Below, in pieces: positions 14,701-22,605 of a stretch of 64,000 nt of DNA. Both the position numbers and the translations under genes were made by a program. Origin of the DNA: Monocercomonoides exilis PA203 (Eukaryota > Protista > Preaxostyla). The DNA lies in the NCBI GenBank assembly GCA_001643675.2, contig LSRY02000041.1:496001-560000 (forward strand), given 5' to 3'. The stretch's first letter is position 1, and the number at the start of each line of letters is the position of its first letter. The notes under the pieces were generated by a model. That model made no database searches and was not told the origin of the DNA. It worked only from the letters and a program-made list of their open reading frames with translations.

Positions 14701-17700
14701 ATTCAGTTTCTCATTCAGTTTCTCACTCACATTCGCATTCCCATTCTCGTTCTCGTTCTCATTCCATTTGTCATTGCCATTGCCATTCACGTCCTCATTC
14801 CTCTTCTCATTCCTCTTCTCCTTCAGATTTCCATTCAGAAGCACTCGCAAAGGGAAGCTCATCAGCCTCTGCTGTGTTGGGAGAGTCAAATCATTCGCCA
14901 TTTGGAGGAAATGTCTGTCAGACAGGGGTGAAATCTGATGATTGTTTGGATGAAGGAAGAGAAGAGGAGAGGGAAGAAGAAAGAGAAGAGAAGAAAATAA
15001 AAGAAAGAAAACAAGAATTAGATTCGGATTCGAATTCGGATGTGGAGACGGAAATGGAAGTAGAAGGAGAGAGAAAGAAAAGAAAAAGCAGAAGAGGAAG
15101 AGGAAGAGGGAGAAAAGAAAAGAGTGTGAAATTCGATAGGAAAAGATCAAAAAATGGCAAAGGTTCGAGAACAAATGATGCATCTCAATCAAAAAGAAAC
15201 AAAAGCCATAGAACAAAACATCATAACAAAAGAAAAGAAGATGAAAAAGATGAGAAGGAAATGAGAGATGATGAAGAAGAAGAAAATAATGAAGATGATG
15301 ATTTTGAAAAGAAAGAGAAGGAAGAGAAAGAAGAAGAGGAAGAAGAAGATGATGATGATGAATTTAAAGAGGAAAGTGACTCTCTTTTCAGTGAAGACGG
15401 GGCAGAAGATTTGATTGACTTCATTCCAACTTCGTCTCTGATGGAAAAACAAGCAATTTCAATGCAGATGGAAGAGGGGAAGGCAATTGGAATGGGGATT
15501 GGAACGGGAATAGGAGAAGGGAAGAGAGAAAGAAAGGATCTTCAGATTGAAGGAGCATGGGAAGGAAGAGGAGGAAATGGAAGATTCGATGAGTGTGTGA
15601 ATGAGAAAGGCAATAATAACAGCATTAACACAAATGCATCCCAATCAGTTTTGTCCAATCAAATGCTTTCTTCTTCCCAAACCCCTTCCAACCTCCAAAA
15701 CCTTGTTTCTTCTTCTTCTCTCCCTCTTTCTCTCCCTCCTCCTCCACCCCCTCCTCAAATTCAGCTTCCTTCCCTTTCCTCTTCCCTTCCGAATTATCCT
15801 CTTTCGATCATTTCCTTTCCCTCTGTTCTTCCTTTCCAAACAGCAATGGCAAATCCTTCTTTGTTCTCTTCTCAATCTGTTGCTAACACACCTCTCCAAA
15901 CAGCTGTTGGATTCCCATCTTCTTCTGCATCTTCTGTTTCTTCTTCTTTTCCTTCTTCCTCTTCTTCCTCTTCCTCTTCTCTTTCTTCCACATTTTCTTC
16001 TCTTTCTTCATTTCCAACATCATCTCCATCATCATCATCATCATCTTCTTCTTCTTCTTCTTCCATTTCTTCTTCTATTTCTTCTTCTCTTCCATCCAAT
16101 CCACTCGAACAGAACCCTCCCCTCGCCCAGTTCACTCCATCTCTTCTTGTCAATTCTGCTCTGTTGCAATACGCCTCTCTTCTCTCTGCTTCCACCTCGC
16201 CTTCCACTTCCTCCATTTCTCCTGGTCCTATCTCGTTTCCTCCTTCTTTTGCTTCTTCTTCCTCTTCCTCCTCTTCTTCTTCTTCTTCCAATTCTTCATT
16301 AAATTCTTCTTCTTCTTCTTCTTTCCCTTCCTCTGCTTTTTCCACCTCTCCTGCCCTCAACACATTTTCTCCTGCTGGTTCTGCCCCTCTTCTTCAATCT
16401 TCTTCTTCTCCCACTTTGTCTTCTTCCCCTTTCCCTTTCTTCTTCCCTCTTGCCATTCCTTCTGCTGCTTCTTCTTTCTTCTCATCTCAACCTGCTTCTT
16501 CTCCATCTTCTTCTTCCTCTTCTTCTTCCATTTCTTCTTCTTCTTCTTTGAATTCAACAAATTCACTAAGTTCCTTGTCTTCTTTGTCTTCTTCTGGTTT
16601 GCCTTTCATTCCCTCTGCTCCAAATGCATCTTCTGCTCTTCCTTTGACTTCTTCTTCCATTCCTTCTTCATTTGCTTCATCTACACCATTTATACCTTCT
16701 TCTTCTTCTTCTTCACAAAATTCTTCCTCCTCTTCTTCCTCCTCTTCTCCACTTGACCGACAAAATATCTCTTTCTCTTCCACTCCTGATTTTCATCCAT
16801 CTTCATTGGTTTCCTCTCCTCTTCCTTTCTCCTTCCCCATCAACCCTTCCATTCCTTTGCCTTCCTCCTCCTCTTCTTCTTCATCTGCTTCTTCTTCTGT
16901 TTCTTCTACTTCTTCTTCTCTTTCTTCTTTTCCTCGAAGTGTTTCATCTGCTTCTTCCTCTCCTCTCCTTGCTCGTCTGCCTTCTCTTCCTTCTCCTGCC
17001 ATTTCTCCTTCGGTTCCTATTTTTTCTTCTGCTTCCTCTTCCTCCTCTTCTACTTCATCTGCTTCATCTGCTTCATCTGCTTCATCTGCTTCATCTGCTT
17101 CATCTGCTTCTTCCTCTTCTTCTTCCGTTCCTTCCATCCCTCCTCCTTCTTTCAGTTCCTCTTCAAATGTTCCATCATTATCATCAACTTCTTCGTCTTC
17201 TTCGTCTTCTTCGTCTTCTTCTTCGGTTTCTCCTTCTTCTTCCTCTTCTTCCTCCTCCTCCTCCTCCACAAATACTGCCTTAACTCCTTCCATCAACCCA
17301 TTCACCCCTTCTTCTGCTTCTCTCGCTTCTTTGTCTGTCAATCTTTCCCCTGAGCCTTCAAATCTATTCTCCACTCCTTCTTCAGTGATGGCTGCAAACA
17401 ATGTTGTTCCTCCTCCTCCTCCTCCTCCTCCTCCTCCTTCAACATCTTCTTCTTCTTCTTCTGTTTATCATTCTTCTCCCAACAACATTACAAATATGCC
17501 TTCCTTTCTTCCTATTGTCGCTTCTTCTTCTTCAACTCCTTCTTCTTATCCTTATTCATACTCCACTTTGCCTTCACATCCTCAGCCACTTTCTTTTCAC
17601 CAAACACAAACAATCCCTTCTTCTTCCACATCTCCCTTATCTTCTCAGTCATTGTCTCTCTCTTCTGCTTCCTGCACTCCCAATTCTCTCTCCCCTCATT

Positions 17701-19181
17701 CATCCTCTTCCTCCTCCTCTTCTTCTTCAGCTATTTCTTCTTCTTCCTCTATCTCTTCCTCTTCCTCTTCCTCTGCTGTTATGCATCCTCCTCATCCTTC
17801 TGCTCTTCCTGTTCCTCTTCCTCCTCCTGCCAATCTGAATATCAACCAAAACACTCAATTGTCAGTCTCTAACACTCCTTCATCTTCTCCTTCTTTTTCT
17901 TCTTCTGCTGCTGCTGCTGCTTCTGTCAATCAAAACACACAGGCACATTCAAATCAGCACCATCGGAGAAGAAAAGGTGGAGAGTATTCTTTCAATCCTT
18001 CATCATCTTCTTCTTCTTCTTCTTCAAATTCATCCTCCTCCTCTTCTTCCTCTTCTTCCTCTTCTTCCTCTTCTTCTTCCTCTTCCTCTTCTCAACTCCC
18101 CTGGCTCCCAGTCACCACCGCCCCTCTCCTCCCTTCACCTCCCATCGTCTATCCACACACCGACCCATCCGACCCTCTTTCCTTCGCCCCTGTCATCGTC
18201 CCTTTCGACCCAATCACCCACAAACTGACTGAAATGATCGCCCACCGCATCGTCCGCAAGAAAGACGGCACTCTCGCCCCGTTTGTGCCCACTCCGCAGA
18301 GCTCTTTGCCACTCTTATTGCCACTCGCACAGGACATCGCAGCGAGGGGAAGTGAGCTGCTGGCTGGGCAGTTTGGGGCTGTGGATGGAGGAGGAAGTGG
18401 AGGAGGAGTGAATGGAATGAATGGAATGGGAGGAATGGGAGGAATGGGAGGAATGGGAGGAGGAGGAGTGGGAGGATTGATTGGATCGGGAGTGAGTGGA
18501 GGAAATGGAATAGGAAGTGGAATAGGAAGTGGAGGTGGTGGTAGTGGTGGTGGTGCAAATGAAAGGCGGGGAAAGAACAGAAGCAAAATGACAGGAAAAA
18601 ATAGCGGATCTGCCTCCAACAGTTCTTCCAGTTCTGTTAACACTGCTTGGGGTGAAGTTGGGCAGAAGCATCACTTTGGAGAATCCTCTTCCGTGTCTGC
18701 TTCTCCACATAATGCCCTTCCCTTGCCTTTTCCTGCGCAGGGATCCTTCTTGACTCAGAGTGCAACACAAGCGAATGGTGTTTCTACTCAAGCACGAAGC
18801 GCTTATTCATTAGCAAATGCAACCTCTTCTTCTACTTCCTCCTCATCTTCTTCTTCTTCTTTATTGTTATCAACATTGCCTGTCGCTTCTCCATCTTCTT
18901 TTGATGCGCATCAGTCTCTTTCTCAGCCTTCGTCTTTGCTTTCTTCTCACACTTCGCCACAGCCTCATAACACCCCGCTCATAAATGCTTCTTCCAACAA
19001 GCCCTCTTTTGATTATTCTTCACAAATCTCAAGTTATCTTCCGCAAAATATTTCTTCAGCAGCTTCTGCTTCCGGTGTGCCTTCAATCCACGTAGGTGCT
19101 CCTATTGAAAATGAACGCAATTCATTCGCTTCTTCAACAACTTTTCTTCAAACTCCAAATAGTTTTGTGAGGAAATTGTAA
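11703..19181 (+). CDS. About 2,490-aa protein: one N-terminal RRM followed by Ser/Pro/Glu/Lys/His low-complexity disordered sequence
   Basis: Uninterrupted ORF; first ATG at 11703. RRM pattern at about 11763-12005 (ITETFKPFGNILEISL...QFAEVIFENSCDAKNSFAKLNNTKI). (TCATCTGCT)n, SHSV and GMG repeats. Confidence 0.8.
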   Translation: MTNYIKNVSDEEISNFSDCSSIVRIDINDYKISLDAITETFKPFGNILEISLHREFHKDETKQFAEVIFENSCDAKNSFAKLNNTKIFGESTPVIMQFVNFPLNSRFAKIQNESVSTKELSLTANEKSQKILPPSIQNLSASSVNIKSSSKTLKLEANEHFESNSKKGNRKQNDRHFQKKEVSDSTEEPNGEQNSCSKLTSDPTLELAIKVSSPSSSSTSSARTDEIKTSGLNLSLPPPPPPLSSSLSPSSNTPISSANTQKHAKPSRNFLVTSPITPHSSAYAPLSATGASHFYSFHSYSLPSSPTSLLSRSSFPSSSPSSFQQQQQSEQKKASDTSKVDKDNQNLSSSSSSSHSDNSDNSISNPTSTTSSSPSQSNNMSKTLVSPIMSAHNSPSSSASSSVSSSSSSTRSSSISLLPSSSFPLHSSSPSSSSSSSSSSHNLAGRDPSASLPSFHQHSIADLPKAPSLQNVSSQISSSSSSSSSSSSSSSSSSNSSFLQTLSIKCPSSSSSSSSSSSSSSTSSSSSSSSSLLPTFHSYSDSSSPREPNITAFESLPHLQKTKNKQRISKDKELNKEENNCKDGRFNKEIRNAEFNGNKMDENEDKDKDKDEDEDKENDDPKLKFEKKANVPIGRRASLTSSFVLKSMIQTLQKERKPEENGGKDKDEDGEEEGGEEEEEKERKMRKRRRKMRRKMKQMKQMRRKKEKKEDDKKDNDKEEEGEEEENFEEEEEGEFDEEDNEFEEEEEEEEKKSDEDFNKAKKDVLTQENKTKNESDEESDVLQTPEAEAEEEEDDDDETDTEIEIEPEKISKKRQKIPFGTSKFRSEQTCKLSPSSSSSFMIASKVCSSRSPSAVSQASSPYSCFSSPATSSTPLSSSLMKDSYAPTPSSSSSSSSSSSSSSSSSSSSVSTPSSSSLSSPSSQSHSQSIAHSLSHSNSQSRSNSQMNSHNTPGTESHSSSHSAVSSSSSSSSSSHSASHSITHSVAHSTTDSLSHSVSHSVSHSVSHSHSHSHSRSRSHSICHCHCHSRPHSSSHSSSPSDFHSEALAKGSSSASAVLGESNHSPFGGNVCQTGVKSDDCLDEGREEEREEEREEKKIKERKQELDSDSNSDVETEMEVEGERKKRKSRRGRGRGRKEKSVKFDRKRSKNGKGSRTNDASQSKRNKSHRTKHHNKRKEDEKDEKEMRDDEEEENNEDDDFEKKEKEEKEEEEEEDDDDEFKEESDSLFSEDGAEDLIDFIPTSSLMEKQAISMQMEEGKAIGMGIGTGIGEGKRERKDLQIEGAWEGRGGNGRFDECVNEKGNNNSINTNASQSVLSNQMLSSSQTPSNLQNLVSSSSLPLSLPPPPPPPQIQLPSLSSSLPNYPLSIISFPSVLPFQTAMANPSLFSSQSVANTPLQTAVGFPSSSASSVSSSFPSSSSSSSSSLSSTFSSLSSFPTSSPSSSSSSSSSSSSISSSISSSLPSNPLEQNPPLAQFTPSLLVNSALLQYASLLSASTSPSTSSISPGPISFPPSFASSSSSSSSSSSSNSSLNSSSSSSFPSSAFSTSPALNTFSPAGSAPLLQSSSSPTLSSSPFPFFFPLAIPSAASSFFSSQPASSPSSSSSSSSISSSSSLNSTNSLSSLSSLSSSGLPFIPSAPNASSALPLTSSSIPSSFASSTPFIPSSSSSSQNSSSSSSSSSPLDRQNISFSSTPDFHPSSLVSSPLPFSFPINPSIPLPSSSSSSSSASSSVSSTSSSLSSFPRSVSSASSSPLLARLPSLPSPAISPSVPIFSSASSSSSSTSSASSASSASSASSASSASSSSSSVPSIPPPSFSSSSNVPSLSSTSSSSSSSSSSSSVSPSSSSSSSSSSSTNTALTPSINPFTPSSASLASLSVNLSPEPSNLFSTPSSVMAANNVVPPPPPPPPPPSTSSSSSSVYHSSPNNITNMPSFLPIVASSSSTPSSYPYSYSTLPSHPQPLSFHQTQTIPSSSTSPLSSQSLSLSSASCTPNSLSPHSSSSSSSSSSAISSSSSISSSSSSSAVMHPPHPSALPVPLPPPANLNINQNTQLSVSNTPSSSPSFSSSAAAAASVNQNTQAHSNQHHRRRKGGEYSFNPSSSSSSSSSNSSSSSSSSSSSSSSSSSSSSSQLPWLPVTTAPLLPSPPIVYPHTDPSDPLSFAPVIVPFDPITHKLTEMIAHRIVRKKDGTLAPFVPTPQSSLPLLLPLAQDIAARGSELLAGQFGAVDGGGSGGGVNGMNGMGGMGGMGGMGGGGVGGLIGSGVSGGNGIGSGIGSGGGGSGGGANERRGKNRSKMTGKNSGSASNSSSSSVNTAWGEVGQKHHFGESSSVSASPHNALPLPFPAQGSFLTQSATQANGVSTQARSAYSLANATSSSTSSSSSSSSLLLSTLPVASPSSFDAHQSLSQPSSLLSSHTSPQPHNTPLINASSNKPSFDYSSQISSYLPQNISSAASASGVPSIHVGAPIENERNSFASSTTFLQTPNSFVRKL

Positions 19182-19470
19182 AAAATAACTTTTTTTGCTA
19201 TCTTTCAATTTAAACTTTTATATCTATGTTTAACTTTTTTTTTTATGAATTTTTCTTTTAGAGAAAATAAAAACATACCAAAAAAATTGTGAAATTATAC
19301 AGTTCAACAATGAACATTTCAGACATTTTTTTGATTATATGATTTTTGTTTTCATTTTTGTTGTATTTTTATGTACATGTAGTTTTCACTTTCTTTCAAA
19401 TTTTTCTTCAATTATTACCAATTCATCTTACAAATATTCATATCATAATAATTAATTTGGTTATTTTTGC

Positions 19471-19484
19471 GTGTTTAAAAACAC
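19471..19484 (-). promoter_or_regulatory. Candidate histone 3' stem-loop (H2B)
   Basis: mRNA sense GUGUU-UUUA-AACAC, 48 nt after the stop; the stem is identical to the H2A core. Confidence 0.5.
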
Positions 19485-19532
19485 TTGCTTTTAAAAACAA
19501 GAAAAACAGAAAAAACTTAAATACAACAAAAA

Positions 19533-19904
19533 TTATGCGTTTGACATGTATTTTGTCACAGATTTTGTTCCTTCAGAAACTGCATGCTTAGCAAGTTCAC
19601 CAGGAAGAAGAAGACGAACAGCTGTTTGGATCTCCCGAGATGTGAGAGTGTGACGGTTGTTATAACGAGCAAGACGAGATGCTTCAGTTGCGATTCTTTC
19701 GAAGATATCATTGATGAAAGAATTCATGATTGCCATGGCGCGATTTGAGATTCCAGTTTCTGGATGAACAGACTTCAACACACGGTAAATGTAGCTGGAA
19801 TAGGTCTCATGACGCTTCTTCTTTCTCTCTTTCTTATCTCCAACAACTTTTGTGGCTTTGTCAACTTTTGGAACTGGTTTTGTTTCTGTGTTAACTTGAG
19901 ACAT
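19533..19904 (-). CDS. H2B: Histone H2B, intronless
   Basis: [50 protein letters not shown]...[32 protein letters not shown]. Confidence 0.98.
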   Translation of the reverse strand: MSQVNTETKPVPKVDKATKVVGDKKERKKKRHETYSSYIYRVLKSVHPETGISNRAMAIMNSFINDIFERIATEASRLARYNNRHTLTSREIQTAVRLLLPGELAKHAVSEGTKSVTKYMSNA

Positions 19905-20039
19905 TAATAGTAATTAAATATTTATAATAATATAAAAATTTTTGAACCTATTTATGATAATTGCTTTTAGAATCTTTGAAATTAGTGCACAAGGACAAAA
20001 GAAAACTTATGGTATTGATCTATTTTTTTTTTTAAATGG

Positions 20040-20241
20040 CTGATCCTTTTTGAAATCTCTCTTTCGTTCGAGTTTTAATCAAAATAAATATCTCAATATG
20101 ATTATAAAAAAATGAACTCAAATTGTTTAAACATGTTGTTCATGATGTTGTTATTGTAGAAACAATTTTTTTTCAAAAATCCCATTGAGATAAAAAATTT
20201 GATCAAAACAAGAACGAAAGTGTGATTTCAAAAAGGATCAG
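20040..20241. mobile_element. MITE/foldback-like element of about 200 bp
   Basis: Perfect 18-bp terminal inverted repeat CTGATCCTTTTTGAAATC / GATTTCAAAAAGGATCAG, extending imperfectly inward for about 70 bp; no ORF; no clear TSD. Confidence 0.6.
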
Positions 20242-20263
20242 TTATATATTATAAGTTGTTAAA

Positions 20264-20336
20264 TTTTTTTTTATTTTTATTTTTATTTTTTTTATTTTTT
20301 TATTTTTTTTTATTTTTTTATTTTTTTTTATTTTTT

Positions 20337-20394
<58 letters not shown>

Positions 20395-20451
20395 TTTTTT
20401 TTTTTTTTATTTTTTTATTTTTTTTTATTTTTTTATTTTTTTTATTTTTTT
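20264..20451. repeat. Poly-T/(T)nA simple repeat
   Basis: About 190 bp of T runs punctuated by single A. Confidence 0.95.
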
Positions 20452-22605
20452 GAAAGTCAATAAATTATTTCTAAACAATTTTCAAGTCGAGTACAAAAAT
20501 GAGTTTTATCAAAAGAATTTAACTTCAACAAAATTCATGAGAAAGACACGTTGTGGTAACAATTTATTCGCCTTAAGTTTGCTTTGAGATAATGATTTGA
20601 TCTCTTTGAATTGTTTCTCAAATGGATAACTGATTGATAGAAATTAACCATCATCGTAAAAAGAAACGAAACGAAGAAAATGAAACATTATTTGAAATGG
20701 AGCGAGAGATAAAGAACAAACTTCAGGGAAGAGTGAAACAATTAAAAGCCAAGTCAAGAGGAATGTGTTGGCAAGGAGCAGGTACAGATGCTGAGAAACT
20801 GGATGATTGTGTTGTTTTTTATGCTTAAGGAGATGTTTGAGAGCTTGATTGAGGAAGACAAAACAGAATTGATCAGAAAAAAGAAAAGTTAGGAATGTGA
20901 GGAGCGTGAGGAGTGTGAAGACTATGGGGAGCTGGCTGAGGCCTTTGAAGAGCTGGTTTTCTCGTATATGGTGAACCGAACAGATCTGGTGAAGAAAATG
21001 CTGCTGAGCACGCTGTGCCGGCTGCGGCTGTTTGTAATTCTTTCGGTGGCGATGACTGAAAGGGGGCTTCGGATGGCAGGGGTGGAAGACAGCACGGCAA
21101 TGGAGGAAGCACCAGAGTGAGCATGATGGGATTGTTGAGTGTGTGACTGTGTGCGAAGGAGAAGGATTCGAAGTTGTTCATGTGAAAATGGATTGCTGGT
21201 TTTGCTGATTTGTTTTATGTGTGTGTATCTTTAAATGTGTTTTCATATTTTTCATTTTTTTGTTGAATCAACTCATTTGTTATTTTCATATCAACACAAA
21301 AAAAAGCAGATGAAAACTGTCTTTTTTCTCATTGTCTCTCAGTTGAAAAGTGATTTCACATTGCAGAATATGAGAAGCGAACTTTCGTGAGTTTCTGTCT
21401 GCTTGAAAATGTTTTTCGATAACGTTATTGCAGTTGAAATAAACAGAATCGAAAAAACAGAGATTCTATTTGCTTATCAAAAACCATTAAAATATGAAAG
21501 TGCTTTCGTATGTGAATTGGTTTTCTTTATGTGACTCTCCGTTTTTGAGGGAAGTGATGGAAATGCAAATCAAAAGAGAGCTTCAGAGAAAAGCCAGCAC
21601 AATTATATATAAATGTTAGAATATCGTTTTTCTCCATTTTTAATCTCTTTGTTTTTTGAACAGTTGAAAATAAGTTTGGTTTTTTCAATTGAAGAAATTC
21701 AATGGTTTGTTTTTTTACAAAAGTTCTTTCATTCCTTTCATTCCTTTTGAAGTTCACAAAAATGGATGCATTATTTTCTGATGGAAAAAAAGAAAGAGTT
21801 ATTTTCTTAAAACACACATATACACTGTATCATGCATCTGCTCCATCAATCTTTACTCCGCCACTCCATTCATCCTCAAATGGATAATTGTGTGGAGGTG
21901 ATTTTGTTAATCTCTTGCTCATCACAGAAACATTAGAAGAAGAAGAAACACTCAATAATTCGACGAAAGAAAACCAAAATACATTTCTATGAAAATAACC
22001 ATGTGATTTGAGAATTATGCAATGATTCAACACGTTACAACATCTATTGAAAAAGTTTAATCTTGTAATATGTTTTACAGATCATGAAATATTCAAAATA
22101 ATTTCAATAATAAGATGCATCCAAACTGTTTGTTCTTTGACTTAAAACAGTGAACCAAGTCTTTTGTTGTAAAAGTCATTATTATTAAATTTACTAATCG
22201 TCACTTGAAATATTTTAATCTTGAAGAAAACTTTCATTTTTGAAATAAATAAGTTTTTGTTTTGAACGTCATGAATCTTCTCGTATTTTGAAATGTTATT
22301 TCAGTCCAATTTCAATTATTTTCCCATATCACTCATTTCAACTTTTTTATTTTTATCAAATCTTTTCAAAACAATGATGCAAAACAGTGGCTATAAATAA
22401 TTTTCTATGGGCGTTAACAATTTTTGTTTTCAAAATCAGTTGATCTTCTTTAATGAGCGTTTCATTCGGAATGGAAACTGTCCAATGATAAACTCACTTT
22501 TCAAACACTCGCCAATTGGATCCAAACCATTTATTGCATCCAGTTTGTGTTTGAATTAAGGATGTGTTGATCTATAGAATTATTGATCAAGAAACATTAA
22601 AACTC

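Noticed and set aside
17054-17110. Regular 9-bp repeats as a CRISPR-like array
   Set aside because: No spacers; an in-frame SSA coding repeat in a eukaryotic gene.
20560-22550. Coding-like fragments between the T tract and the surface-protein gene
   Set aside because: Many stops and no motif I could identify; left unannotated.
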